Assembly (NCBI GenBank): GCA_951406725.2 | Contig: OX597823.1 | Span: 69,192,001-69,256,000, forward strand | Length of the DNA: 64,000 nucleotides | Direction of reading: 5' to 3' | Source: Octopus vulgaris | Taxonomy: Eukaryota | Shown here: positions 14,093-28,184 of the stretch, piece after piece | Layout of the letters: each line of letters opens with the position of its first letter | Numbering within the stretch: position 1 is the first letter of the stretch | Notes under the pieces: model-generated | What the model was told of the DNA's origin: nothing | The model's database searches: none | Seen by the model: the letters and a program-made list of their open reading frames with translations, nothing else | Program-made: the position numbers and the translations under genes

Positions 14093-15623
14093 GGTTCCAT
14101 CAAGGAGCCGAGAAACCAAGGCAAGATAAGCTACTTCAATGGATCTAATAACTTCTGAAAGACATAAGCCTCACATCACTCAATTTCTACTCCATTCAGT
14201 ATCCTGATGGCTTTGTGAGTCTAAAAGAGAAATTATTGATTGTTAATTGAGGAGGTGTATTGAAGTTAAATAGCTTCAAGTTTTGTTAAATCAGTAGCTA
14301 TATTAAAGTGAAATATGACTTGAATTTATACTCTATTGAAAGAATAATATAATGATTTTGAGGTCGTGCTTTTAGACTGGTGACCATGTTAAAACAAAAC
14401 CTAAACCTTATAGCAATCATTTCAATGTGCAGCTCAGTTAGGTACACAACTCAGCTTGCTTAATTGGAATGTCATTCAGATTTCATTTCCTAGTTATATG
14501 GTTAACAGTAGGAAAGACATCCAAGCATAAAAGATATATTCTAACAAATGCCATGTCACAAAAAAGTGGTTAAAGAAAGGAAAACAATCAGTGAATACAT
14601 ACTTCAAGGTTTTGAGTTCAAATTTTATTGAATTCCTTTAACGGTTAAAGCAATAACTACCTGTAGTATACTGAGATAAATAAGATTGATTACAACACTT
14701 CAAGTATTGTTCTAAAGAGGAGAACTTATTACATATTTAATTCTGTATTTATTTAATAATTTTGGACTATCGTAATAGTTATTGATTTATCTGAATTGTA
14801 TGAGTATGTATGTGTGTGTGTATATTTGTGTGTTTGTGTATATGGGCGTGTCTCATTTCTTTAGTTAGATATTTTTCAGTTTCAATATTTTTCAGTTTTC
14901 AACTTTTCCTCATTGTTTATTTTTGATTTGTTGGAATCATCATCATCATCATTATCATCATTTCATTCATTTCCACCACTTCAAGAAACTGTTTATCAAA
15001 TGGTAAAATAAATCTTTAATGGGGATCAGCAACATTGAATGTTGAAAGAAAGGAGTAAAATGAATAAAGAAATATATAAAAAAAAACAAAACAAAACAAT
15101 GAATAAGAATATTTTTTTTTAAATACAAGTATAAATCCAATTCAGTGAAAACATTTAGCAATAGCAACAGGAAATAATGTTATTCAATATTCATATTACC
15201 ACTGTAGTTGCAATCAATACACAGGATGAAGATGAAAAAGAATAATGTATACTGGTAATATGCAATCTTTGACAGTAACGAAAACTAAGAATAATGGTAA
15301 CTGTTTGCTTTTGTTTTATTGTTTTTGTCTTTTTTCTTTTTACTTTTTTTTCTACTTTCATGATGTGTAGAACATTAGAGATTTGTTAATGTAACACAGA
15401 AAAGAATGTCAGCATTCATAGAGAGCATGATTTTTTTTTTTTTTTTTTGTATGTGTGTCTAATATTTTTAATACTTAAAATATTTCATTCTTCACAGTTA
15501 GTTACATATTGATTTTATTTTATTTCATTTTATTTTATTCAATTCTATTCCATTTTATTATTCTTTTTATAAGTTTATTCCTCATTGATTTCCAAAAAAG
15601 CAATGCCTTCATCATATGGTTAC

Positions 15624-15752
15624 AGTTATGGCTGAAAAGAGTTCACTGCAGAAACAAGTACGACTTTTAAAATCCATTGTGTCATAGTAACTCTTCTTGA
15701 ACAATATGTTCTCATGTCGTTTATCATTCTTAGTCATATTGGCCATCATATA
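15624..15752 (-). CDS. Internal exon, same gene (YMMANMTKNDKRHENILFKKSYYDTMDFKSRTCFCSELFSAIT)
   Basis: Acceptor gtttttag, donor gtaacc, 129 nt, phase 0/0, open frame in otherwise stop-rich DNA. Confidence 0.6.
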
Positions 15753-16771
15753 CTAAAAACATGTTATTGTAATAAATGTGTTTGCACTGTTTGTTATGTT
15801 ATTATAATTGTATGGTTTGTACATTACACTATGTTATTGCTGTTCTATGATGTAATGTAAACATTACATTGTTTATTGTAGAAACATTTTTGTAGCAAAC
15901 AAAATAACTTACAATATATACACTTACCAAAGTGTCAGGCCACCAGAATTCTTAACATACTTAGCAGCATTTCATCTATCTTCACATTCAGAGTTCCAGT
16001 TCCATCGAGGTTGAATTTGCTTTTTATCCTTTCAGGGTCGATAAAATAAGTACCGGTTGAGTACTGGGGTCAATGTAATCGACTAATGGAGATGCATTGT
16101 GCAACAAAATGGTTTATATTTGGTTGATTAAAAATGTAATGGCAATTATTTATTGACCTTTTTCTTTCCTTTAAAAATCGGCATGAACTTTCCGGACAAC
16201 CCAATATTATTATTATTATTATTATTACTGGCAGGCAGAATGCTTAAGGCATTTTTTTGCTGAGTTCCAGTTCCAACAAGGAAAACTTTGCCTGTTTATC
16301 CTTTCAGGATAAATAAGTACCACTTAAGCACTGGGGTCAATGTTATTGACCAGCCCCTTCCTCCAAAATTGCAGGCCTTGTGCATATAGTGAAAAGGATT
16401 ATTATTATTACAACTATATGAGATATATGTTCTGAGTTCAAAGTTCTACTGCAGTCAGCTTTGCTTTTCATCGTTTCAGAATCAATAAAATGGGGGCAAT
16501 GTAATTGACATACTCCCTCCTTTAAGTGTGCTGGCTTTGAACCAAACTTGAAACCATTATCATTATTACTATATGACATATTTCACTTTATTACTACATA
16601 GTGTGTGTGTGTGTGTGTGTGTTTGTGTGTGTGTGTATGTATGTGTGTGTGTGTGTGTTGTATGTATGTGATTACATTATATTTTATTTATTTCTCCAGT
16701 CAGCTGCTTGGCAGAATTAATGTCTCTAACAAAATGTATTGTGTTATTTAATTCTGAGTTCAAATCCTACA

Positions 16772-17300
16772 TATCATCATCATCATCATCATCTAACATC
16801 TATCTTCCATGCATGCATGGAGGCTTGACAGGAGGCAGCCAGGTAGAGAACTACCCTAGGCTACAGTATTTGTTTTGGCAAGGCTTTTTTATGGCTGGAT
16901 GCCCTTCCTAACACCAACCACTCTGCAGAGTGGAGTCAGTTCTTTTTCACGTGGAACTAGCACAGGTGAAGTTATTTTTGACATGATTTTTATAGCTGGA
17001 TGCTTTTCCAAATGCAAACCATTTTACAGTGTTGACTGGATGCTTTTTATGTGGCACCGGCACAGGCAGGGTGACAAAGTAACAAACAAGACAAGGAATT
17101 ATGAGAGGGACAGGGGTATTTGAGGAGGGGGAACTTGTGTCTGAGGATGAAATGTTAGAGTGTGACAGAGAGGCTGAAACAGGTGTCTTGCCATAGACGA
17201 GGGGGCATTGGAGGAGGTGATCCAGTATCAGATCTCGAAGGTTAGAGTGTGCCTCTCTATTTCTCTGAGATGTAGAAATAGGTGTCTTGCTATAGAGGAA
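16772..17300 (-). mobile_element. RTE-tail-related repeat, inverted
   Basis: (CAT)n followed by ttccatgc..ggctggatgcccttcctaac, the reverse complement of the RTE 3' UTR. Confidence 0.6.
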
Positions 17301-17396
17301 GTACATGGTTACCCAGTGAGAGAGAAAGAGAGAAAAAGAAAAGAAAGATAGAGTGAGAGAGAGAAGAGAATGTATGTGTGCATGTATATATATATA

Positions 17397-17431
<35 letters not shown>

Positions 17432-18115
17432 CGCTACATGTTCTAATATGTTCACAAGGTCAAGCAACGACATGGATAACCCATTGTTAATTTGTGTTGT
17501 TGGTAGAAGTTGTCTGTTGTGTAGCCCAAGGTTAGCTCTGATCAAACAGTCCAATGAGGAAAAGCAGTCAACTCAAGACCACCCAATAATGATTTATACC
17601 ATATGTCCCTCTTTTAAAACAGTAGAGTCTCATCAGAGTGAAAATTAGCTGTTATATCTCCCAAGTCAGGCACTGCATAGGAACTCCTTTACAGGAAAAA
17701 TATTGTTGCAGTTGTTTTTATTGTTGTTTTTTTAATCGCAGACCACAACTGACTGCATATACTTTTCATCTAAAGCCAATTTAGCTGTGGCAGTCTCATC
17801 ATTTTTGTTATATGCGGGGTAACCAGAATAACATCATGGTCTATATGTGTGGTCCAAATAAGAACTGACTGCTGCTTTTAGCAAGTCAAGCATTATATTT
17901 TGACGTATTCTTCAGTTCAAGTAGTTGTAATTGTTGTATTAGATGTAATAGCAGCAGTATCAGTAGTTGTTGTCGTAACTAAGACAAAATGTAAATATGA
18001 ATTTGAATATTGCTTTATAAAACAGATGTCATATATACATAAATATATATATATTATAAAAATATATATATATATATATATATATGCATATGTACATACA
18101 TATGTGTACATACTT

Positions 18116-18151
<36 letters not shown>

Positions 18152-18167
18152 GTATTTACATATGATT

Positions 18168-18735
18168 ATAGGGCACAGGACATCACAGAACGTAAACAAC
18201 ATGAAATACGAAATACAAAAACATGGAATACGAACTTTTTTGCAAACAGCAAAAGAAACAAATGGAAAACAAAGCAGGCAACATAAAGGACAACCCTTCA
18301 TCAGTTGTCGGCTGTTTTCCTGCTCTGTATTTTGAGAAATTCATGACAAGATATACCTTTGACAAAACAGTTGCTCCCTCAAAGCAAATTAAATAAAATT
18401 TTGGATTTTGCAGAGGGTCAGAGTTGGTAGCAAAAACAGGAGAGTGAAAACTAATAGGAAGGGCTGCTAAGCCTAAATGAGGTGAAGTGGTGAACGCTGG
18501 AGAAACAAGCTCCGACAGAGACAGACGAGAATGCGTCTGATCCCTGCAGCTGAGCAGAAGGTAAGAAAGAAATTCAAGTTAGGAAAAGAAAGATGGCTGA
18601 TGGTCACTTGCGAGCAACAAGAGAGCAAAGGAGGAAGATTGAGGGAGCGAGAGGGACAGACAGAGAACAGCAAAACAGCAAAGGGAAGAGGAAACGAATT
18701 AGAGAAAGGACGAGAGAGAAAAAAACCAAAAGGGA
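18168..18735. mobile_element. (TA)n-inserted non-coding repeat family C; related copies 1221-1530, 20105-20724 (inverted), 21043-21323
   Basis: Shared ggg.a.aggacatca..cccttc.tcagttgtc..gcaaattaaataaaat blocks. Confidence 0.7.
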
Positions 18736-18778
18736 TATATATGTATATGTATATATATATATCTTACATACATTATGT

Positions 18779-18867
<89 letters not shown>

Positions 18868-18884
18868 AATGTATATATATATAT

Positions 18885-19429
18885 TTTATTTAATTTTATT
18901 TGTTAGGGAATAAAAATTCCGGCATAACAGGGGTTCAAATTATTCTCATTTAGAGATAGTAGGCCCCTTCATCTCACCAAATAAAAAAAGAATATTTATT
19001 TTAAATACCTACTATTTTATAACTTGGCTACACGTGTTTCATGAGATACATTTCCCGGTTCCTAAACCACTCCGTGTTTTGCTGGAACCCTTCTTAAAAT
19101 GTAACCCCAATCATCAGGCCCTTATATCATTTTATCATCGTTCAATACTATGAACTATATTTTGATTTTTTAAAAACCATAAGTATGTGTAAAATAGGTA
19201 CGTGTAAATTAGGTTCGCTGGACCCTACAGTACAAGCCATAATTCAGATGAAAATTCAAATAAAAAATTTGGGGTTACATTTTAAGAAGGGTTCCAGCAA
19301 AACACGGTGTGGTTTAGGAACCGGGAAATGTATCTCATGAAACACGTGTTGCCAAGTTATAAAATAGTAGGTATTTAAAATAAAAATTCTTTTTTATATG
19401 GTGAGATGAAGGGGCCTACTATCTCTAAA

Positions 19430-19432
<3 letters not shown>
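18885..19432. mobile_element. Fold-back non-autonomous Penelope-like element between (TA)n tracts
   Basis: Inverted arms 18946-19110 / 19269-19432; full hammerhead on the - strand, truncated copy in the right arm. Confidence 0.7.
19026..19120 (-). ncRNA. Type I hammerhead ribozyme with long stem II
   Basis: GGC-CTGATGA-TTGGGGTTACATTT..AAATGTATCTCAT-GAAA-CACGTG-TA-GCC; palindromic stem III. Confidence 0.72.
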
Positions 19433-19477
<45 letters not shown>

Positions 19478-19576
19478 TATTTATTCATGTAAACATATAC
19501 ATATATAATACATACACACACGCAGACACACACACGCACAAACACACACACACACATATATATATTCATACAGATG

Positions 19577-19780
19577 TACAAGGAAAGACCGAAAAGTTCA
19601 TGGTTTTGGTTAAAAAGAAATACAAGAGAATCAGTTAATCATGATTCAATTCAATATATCCCTCTCTCTGATTCATACATTTATTGCAGTTGTCCTTGAG
19701 ATTCTCTAAGCCCTGTAAAAGAACTCAGAAGTTAGGGACTCCAACTAGGCCTTTCACAACACCTTTAAAGCCAGAACTTT
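19577..19780 (-). mobile_element. Probable mariner 3'-end fragment
   Basis: TA-initiated terminus caaggaaagaccgaaaagttc followed by a transposase C-terminus-like stretch. Confidence 0.4.
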
Positions 19781-19827
19781 ATATGATATATATACATGTA
19801 GGTATTTACATATAATACCTTACATAT

Positions 19828-20060
19828 AAGGCGGTGAGCTGGCAGAAACGTTAGCACGCCGGGCGAAATGCTTAGTGGTATTTCGTCTGCCGCTACGTTC
19901 TGAGTTCAAATTCTGCCGAGGTCGACTTTGCCTTTCATCCTTTCGGGGTCGATAAATTAAGTACCAGTTACGCACTGGGGTCGATGTAATTGACTTAATC
20001 CGTTTGTCTGTCCTTGTTTGTCCCCTCTGTGTCTAGCCCCTTGTGGGTAGTAAAGAAATA
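19828..20060 (+). mobile_element. SINE family A with TSD
   Basis: taggtatttacatata at 19799 and 20059. Confidence 0.9.
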
Positions 20061-20283
20061 GGTATTTACATATATGTATGTATATATGTATATATTTATA
20101 TATTGTATTATTATATGTTCGAATGCCACGCATCTTTTTCCAAATAAGTTTTATCTTAGTAATTACGATGCGCACACTTATTCTATCTCTTTTCTGCTTA
20201 TATATATCTCCCTTTCTTGTTCTTCTTCCTTTCTGTTTTTCTCTCCCACCCTTTCCTTATTCTTCTTCTCTCCCCTACACTGT

Positions 20284-20320
<37 letters not shown>

Positions 20321-20974
20321 CTTCCTCCTTGACTCTCTCGTTGCTCACACGTGACCAACGGCTATCCATCATTCTTTCTCCCACTACCTTCCTAAAGACA
20401 AGTCGTGTTTTATCTGTCTCTTCTCAAAGCTCGCTTTCCCAGCATTCACCACTTTACATCGTCTTGGCTTTACAGCCCTCACTGTTTGTTTTTACTGTTT
20501 CTCACTATCCTGTTTTTGTAACCACTTTCATCCTGCGCAAAAAATCCCAAATTTTATTTAATTTCCTTTGCGGGAAGGACTGTTTTAACGAAGTCGCGTC
20601 TTGTCCTTACCTTCGAAACATGGAGTAGATAAAACAGGGGACAACAGATGAAGGAAATGTTCTTTGTGTTGCATGTCTCATTTCTCTGTTTCCATTTTTC
20701 GTTGTTTGAAATAAATTTTGTTTTCTGACTGCTGCTTTTAGCAAGTCAAGCATTATATTTTGACGTACTCTTCAGTTCAAGTAGTTGTAATTGTTGTATT
20801 AGATGTAATAGCAGCAGTATCAGTAGTTGTTGTCGTAACTAAGACAAAATGTAAATATGAATTTGAATATTGCTTTATAAAACAGATGTCATATATATAT
20901 AAATATATATATATCATAAATAATATATATATGTATATATATATATATGCATATGTACATACATATGTGTACAT

Positions 20975-21029
<55 letters not shown>

Positions 21030-21323
21030 TTACATATGAATATAGGGCACAGGACATCACAGAACGTAAACAACATGAAATACGAAATACAAAAACCTGG
21101 AATACGAACCTTTTTGCAAACAGCAAAAGAAACAAATGGAAAACAAAGCAGGTAACATAAAGGACAACCCTTCATCAGTTGTCGGCTGTTTTCCTGCTCT
21201 GTATTTCGAGAAATTCATGACAAGATATACCTTTGACAAAACAGTTGCTCCTTCAAAGCAAATTAAATAAAATTTTGGATTTTGCAGAGGGTCAGAGTTG
21301 GTAGCAAAAACAAGAGTGAAAAC

Positions 21324-22190
21324 ATGCTTTTCAATCCTTCTGCAATATTCTCAGCCCTGCCATCACTCAGCTTCAGAGCAGCGAGCTTGATTTCACCTGT
21401 TTCATTCTTGATGACAACTGCTTGATATTCATTTCTGTCAACATGTTTACCATCGAACTGCAGGCTTCATTTCTGATTGTGTAGTTTATCGATGAAGTAT
21501 TTCTTCATTTCACCAGCTTTCTTGAAGAGTGCCTCGTAAATGCCTTGCTGACTAGGAGAAGGGATATTGATACCCTCCTCTGACAACTGTTTGTAGATTT
21601 TTACTACTTTGCTGGTAGAGACATTTGTTCCAGTTACAAGTCTCATACAAACTGCAGATTTGTTGTGCCTTCTTGTGAAGAAATAACTGCCTTCACTATC
21701 ACTAACATTTTGATCAACTCTATCATCTTCACCATAATTGTACTCTTCATATATTCTTCTTTAGACTCACTGTCGGTATCCAGGGCTGTTGGGTTTGATA
21801 AAGAATGGGAGGCTTCAACATCAGAGCATCTTTTTCTCTTGGAAGGATGGATAGTGTGCTTGCCTGCAGCTTTGCCTGTCGAATAGCCAACTTTGCCCTT
21901 GCTTTGGAGTTTGATGGAGTACAGCCATTCACTGTGGACTTTGATGATATCGAACAGTTCTAATGGCTCAAATTTTCCTTTCTTGGTGCATTTGTCATAC
22001 AAATGCAGCACATTATTAAGCCTGAACCATATTGCTTGCTCGGAAATGATTGGAAAATTCAGTTTATCTCTTCACAGTAGTGTCACCTCTCTTGATAATT
22101 CTACCACTCTTTCTTTTCTGCCCTTAACTGGTTTCCCAAGAAACTGGTGCTAACCAACTATTTGCTCCTTGAGTGGCATTTGGTTTTTGC
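21324..22190 (-). mobile_element. DNA transposase pseudogene, hAT(m)-like, N-terminal half
   Basis: KLNFPIIS..HLYDKC; IPSPSQQGIY; K*SLQFDGK..EYQAVVIKNETGEIKLAALKLSDGRAENIAEGL; stops and frameshifts. Superfamily assignment is from memory of motifs. Confidence 0.65.
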
Positions 22191-22721
22191 TGGCTAGTGA
22201 GATTATTCTACAGGCACACGACCTCTAGATGAATGGGACAGGAACTGCGCCAAAATTTCTCCTCCATTTCTCCTTGTTCTTCTGAACAACTTTGAAACTT
22301 TTCTTGAATGACATACCACTAGAAATCATGCAGAACTCACACAGAAACCAAAACAACAAGAGTGAAAGTGAAAGAACTTATTTGCTTCATGATTAAGCAT
22401 GATGACTCAGCAATACAATCTAATCACCACTGAAGTCTTTATAAATGCTAAGAATTTATTGAAAGCTATGAGTCCTTTGAAACCTTACCCATATTCAAAC
22501 AAGCTTGGCATAAGAATACAAACATAGATTCATGGGTGAACTTTTTTAAAGATAGCTCTAAAGAGAATTCACTTCAGTTACTTATTCTTTTGTTCTATTT
22601 GTTTCAATTATTTGACTGCAGCCATGCTGGAGCACTGCCTTTATAATTATGTGTTAAAGCTCATCTAAATATGATACAAGAAACTGTTTTTGAGGAAAAA
22701 GATTAAAAAGTTGTATTCCTA

Positions 22722-22759
<38 letters not shown>

Positions 22760-22984
22760 GCGTTCGGCTAAGCCTGTACTTTCTTGGTCAGGCTGTTGTC
22801 CGTGCAACATCGATATTCTTCCCTGTGTTTGTGAAATCTTGTATTTCAGCCGCAAGGCTTCATTTCCACACACGCCAGGTTCATTCAATTCGTCCTTAGT
22901 CAATTCAATTCGTCCTTAGTCAAAAGACACCTGTTGTTATGTCCTGTTATTATTTTTATTGTATTTGTATTTACTCTCTTATTC

Positions 22985-23173
22985 TCTTTTACTTGTTTCA
23001 GTCATTTGACTGCGGCCATGCTGGAGCACCGCCTTTAGTCGAGCAACTCGACCCCGGGACTTATTCTTTGTAATCCCAGTACTTATTCTATCGGTCTCTT
23101 TTGCCGAACCGCTAAGTAACGGGGACGTAAACACACCAGCATCGGTTGTCAAGGGGGACAAACACAAACACAT

Positions 23174-23216
<43 letters not shown>

Positions 23217-23377
23217 TACGACAGGCTTCTTTCAGTTTCCGTCTACCAAATCCACTCACAAGGCTTTGGTCGGCCCGAGGCTATAGCAGAATACACTTGC
23301 CCAAGGTGTCACGCAGTGGGACTGAACCCGGAACCATGTAGTTGGTTAGCAAGCTACTTTCCACACAGCCACTCCTG
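22985..23377 (-). mobile_element. SINE family B
   Basis: Full-length reverse copy splitting another repeat (22757-22975 / 23378-23665). Confidence 0.9.
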
Positions 23378-23780
23378 TGTAACATTGTTCGTTTTTTTCC
23401 GTCCTTGTTTTTGTATACATTCACTGCTTTCCTTCAAGGAATCTAATGCTGTTTAGCTTAGATTTTCCTTGGGGCTAGCCAGATTGGAGCAACCTCAAGT
23501 ATAATCAGCCGAAATTGTGAAGATAATCTGGTTCTTGACTGAGGAAAGAAAACTTCGAACGACCCGTCCTTGTTTTCTTTGTATCGTCTATCTGGATGTT
23601 TTTTTGTCCCATTTTTTGAATCACCTAACTGTCCGGATGTTTTGCGTTCTTGTCCCATTTTGTATTTATATATATGTATATATATATATATATGTCTGTG
23701 TGTGTGTGTGTGTATATATACATATATATATATACATATATATATATACATATATATATATACATATATATATATACATA

Positions 23781-23874
<94 letters not shown>

Positions 23875-25628
23875 CTCATTTGGAATTAGCACAGAAATGT
23901 GACAGAAACAGAAATCTAAAAATATTTTAAGACTGACAAAATAATCCAAAACTGGAAACAAAAATCAAAATGCATCTTAAAATTTCATTCACAGGCATGA
24001 TTAATTGACAGCAAATAATTATTGATTTTTTTTTCTATTAGCCAGTCTTTTCTTTCCCCGAATGTGTTTCTGTTAGATGCAAACATTTACAGAATTTCCG
24101 TTGAAAAAGAAATAATGTTTAATCAAAGGTTGCAAATATCACATTGTAAGAGTTGTGACTAATTATATTTTTTAATATAAATTTAGAATTTTAGTTTTAT
24201 ATTTTTCATTATTTCTAAAAATATTTAATATCATACAAGAGAAAATGCTTTTTTTAAAAAAATTTTTAAATTCATTTGTGTTTGCTTGCTTAATGTTTTC
24301 TCATGGGTCATAATCAGGCGTGTGAAAATAATGGTTACTAAGGAATTTGTTCTAATCATCAGCAGATGCAGCAATTTATTAACTTTCTAGTTAAGCAGGT
24401 GTTTATGATTTAAAGAAATATCAGATCATGCTAAAAAATAGATTGATTTTTTTTGTTTGTTTGTTTTTTTTTCTTTTGCACACGTCAATTATTCAAATGA
24501 ATGATACCACTTCAGCTTGGAAGAAGTCTACATAAAAAGAATACACCAATATACCAGATGACTTCTGAAGCATGAAAATAATCCAATCAGACCACTGAGA
24601 CACACAAGCACACACACACACACACACGCAAAAATGAATGTTCATTATGTTTATAGGAGACACATTTGAAATGGATTCAGAGAAGTTTCTGTTATAAACA
24701 AACATAAAAATATCTTATTTCCAACTGAAAAAGCACAGTTATATGCATTAGTTTATGCAATATGTGAAGATATGCGATGTAGCAGAAGGGGTGTTTCTCT
24801 CACAATCATTAGTCAGTAGGTTCAATTCTCAGATCTGATGACGTCCTTGAGCCAAGCACTTAATTTCACTTTGCAATGGACTGGTATCTCATTCAAAAGG
24901 ATTTTTGTGTTCTCAGTGGCTTAAATGTTATGCAAACCGAGTAAGGCTCTGGTTCAGTTGGCTTGTAAAGGCTTGAGACAAAAGAAGAAATTTGAAATAT
25001 TTACTTTCATTCACAGCTATAAGTTTTCCCAAAACTTAACCGACACAAGTAAGTTTGACCTATTCAATATTCAATAGTTATTTAGTTGCCTATGTAGTTG
25101 TGAATAGATATAGGCACCTTCTCACAACTTGTGTCCTTGATCCAGTGGAATATTGAAGATGTGACAACTGAAAGAAGAGAAGTCTCTGCATCAGCACTAG
25201 ACTAGTATTCATTTACAGTTTATTAGATTTGTTTACGATACTATAACATGTGAAGAGGTGCTATAAAATGTGAAGTTGGCAAAGGAAATAAATATTACAT
25301 AAAATAAAAATTTAAGAAAATTTAGTGATACCTACATTTCATTATAATTAGCAAGCTGGCAGAAACCTTAGCATGCCTGGCAAACTTCTTAGCTTCATTT
25401 CGTCCGTCCTTACGTTCTGAGTTCAAGTTCTGCCGCTGTCGACATTGCTTTTCATCCTTTAGGGGTCGATGAAATAAGTACCAGTTATGCATTGAGGTCG
25501 ATGGAATCGACGAGCCTCATCTCCCATAAAATTTCAAGCCTTGTACCTATAGTAGAAAGGATTATAATTAAAAATATTTATGAAAGATATATGATTTAAA
25601 CTAAATCCATATTATTGCAGATGCTCAC

Positions 25629-25744
25629 CATATTCCCTGCAGTGAACTGTAAAGCAAAGATTACTGCATAAATCAGGGGTTCGATAAAGGTATGTTGTAT
25701 GCCTGTGCTATGAGTTGTAGCTAAGTACATCGCGAATATTATTA
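25629..25744 (-). CDS. Internal exon, same gene (LIIFAMYLATTHSTGIQHTFIEPLIYAVIFALQFTAGNM)
   Basis: Acceptor atatag, strong donor ATG|gtgagc, 116 nt, phase 1/0, two hydrophobic segments. Confidence 0.75.
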
Positions 25745-26602
25745 CTATATATTTACAAAAGGCAAAATAAATATTGCAATGAAAATTAAATGAGGTTAAG
25801 CATAGAAAAATATTCAAGTATAGAAAACACAGTTGAAACAAATCAAACTCATTTTACCGAACCGCTAAGTTACGGAGACGTAAACACACCATGACCGGTT
25901 GTCAAACAATAGTGGGGGACATATTCAAGAACACACATACACACACACGCACACACATACGACAGTCTTCTTTCAGTTTCCGTCTACCAAATCCACTTGC
26001 AAGGTTTTGGTCGGCCCGAGGCTATAGAAGACATTTGCCCAACCTGTCACGCAGTGGGACAGAACACGGAACCATGTGGTTGGGAAACACAATCACACCT
26101 GTGTCTATAAATCAGTAAACGTATGTCCACACTTATCTTTACGTCGGAGTAATTGCGTAGAATATCTAGAAATTTAATTATGGTTAGAAATGTCTGACAC
26201 TGTATTACTGAGTCAAACTGCTATTAAAAATGTTACGGTACCAGTAAGAAGTGGAGGAGAGTGTGAACCTATGAATGTTAAGAAATGCTTTCATATATTT
26301 GTGGACATGTTCATGCTGTATTGCGAGTTAAAGCATATTATTTTCCTGTTTTGTTAATTACTTATCTTGTTTTCTATATACTTCAACTTCTCAATGAAGC
26401 TCCTTGTTGTTAAGGGTATTATAATACGAGATTATTTTATTTAATATATTCCTGCTTTTTAATTGTTTGAAAATAGCCTACAGATACTGTCTATAATGTA
26501 TTTAATAATTGTAGCTGGGTAGTTAGATGATTTATTAATATACTATTGTTTCGCTATTTTATGAACAATATTTATCTATAAGTGTTGTCTATTTATGTTC
26601 AG

Positions 26603-26748
26603 GTTTAGTGTTATACCAAAGAAATTTGCTACTTTCAGAAATTCTTATGAAATCAGCAGAATATTAAATACTGTTTTTCTAGGTTTGTTCAAACTGCGTC
26701 AGCTCATATCATATCATAGACTGCTTGAAGCTGTAAGACAAAATTTAG
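26603..26748 (+). CDS. Candidate exon on the opposite strand (FSVIPKKFATFRNSYEISRILNTVFLGLFKLRQLISYHRLLEAVRQNL)
   Basis: Acceptor tatttatgttcag; donor gtaaga after 26732 or gtacca after 26748; 48 open codons in AT-rich DNA. Confidence 0.28.
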
Positions 26749-28135
26749 GTACCAATCAACACGATCTATAGAGTAAATTTAACTCTACTCACAGTACTGA
26801 GTTCCCTCCATCATTAAATATTCCATTATTATTCTTAATCTTGCTTACCCAGACTTGACATTTAAACATTCACATATATTATATATGTATGTGCACAAAT
26901 TTTATCGTAAAATTGAACCAGCATGAAAACAAAATAATTCAGTGTATTAAAACATAATTCTATGTTAAAACCACATATGATCTTGTGGCAGGAGTTTAGA
27001 GGTTATATCTTACATTTATTAGCAAAACGTTATCGTTGTTATAGGCGTCCAGTTATTAGCAAGCACTGTCAAACAGCTTATATCTACCGGAAAATTATAG
27101 TGCACAACTACATACAAATTGAAATTTTTGTGCAAGCCAACCATCTGCTTGGATACTTAATCTGCTGGAAACAGCAGTTGCATCTCCTTAAAACCGCACT
27201 TTGCTGTCTTAGAAAAAAATATATACTGGGATTGGAAAAAAATATGATTGTAAAGGCTGGAATGCCTTTGTTCAAAGGTTTGCTCGTTCAAACTAATCAT
27301 GGGTTAAAAATCAACTAAAAATCAACTTTACTATCAAGGAAAAGATAGAAACTTTTGACAGATATGTTACCTACTTTTCTATGTCTACTTCGTAGATACC
27401 CTTTCACAAGAAGTTTATAAGTCTATTATAAACATATTTAGGTGTAATGCGTTTGTTAGATTTCATGCACTGTTGCTGTAAAATGAAGTTTTGATCTTAT
27501 TAAACTAACACTAATATGCAGTCTATATTCACTTATGAATAATATGGAACTGTATGCTGCAATATTTTCATAGAATTTCGATATTAAACAGACGATATTA
27601 AACAAATCCATGAGAATTTATAAGGTGTCAGTTAGTTTGGGCTATAAGTCTTCGACGGATGCTAATGAAAGCCTGACGACAGTTTTAAGGAACCAGTAAT
27701 TGCAAACCGATCAATCAATAACTATGCTGTTTTTGAACATCAATATCTGGGACAGGGAACATAAATAAATAAATAGATAAACAAATAAATGAATAAATAA
27801 ATAAATAAATTAATAAAAATGAAAATGAGAAGCTTTATAAAAGTTAGTTGATTGATGTAAGTATCTCTGACACAGAAGGAAAAAAATGAGTAGAGCTATA
27901 GAAATTGGTCGCCCACATAAATAGATATCGATTTTAAAAGGAATGAAGTGAATTTCTAATAAGGAATGCACTGATGCTATATCAAGACTGTGACTTCACA
28001 ATTATTCTTGTGGTCACTAACAACCTGTTATTGACAAGCTATTATTCCGCTAGACAGAAAATGAATATTGAGTATTGTAAATATAGATACATACATATGT
28101 ATGTGTACACGTATGAGATAAATAATCTTCTGCAC

Positions 28136-28184
<49 letters not shown>

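Larger units (their letters stand above)
17865..21323 (+). repeat. Local direct duplication: 17865-18451 copied at 20725-21323
   Basis: Near-identical ~590 bp including non-TE sequence ctgactgctgcttttagcaagtc. Confidence 0.9.

Noticed and set aside
18290-18380. Hammerhead in repeat family C (CTGATGAAGGG on the - strand; also at 1350 and 21175)
   Set aside because: No correctly placed GAAA/stem III/UH could be paired; a family consensus would be needed to revisit this
23535-23575. Hammerhead in repeat family D (CTGAGGA..GAACGACCCGTC; also at 47821)
   Set aside because: GAAC/GAAT instead of GAAA and no stem I pairing
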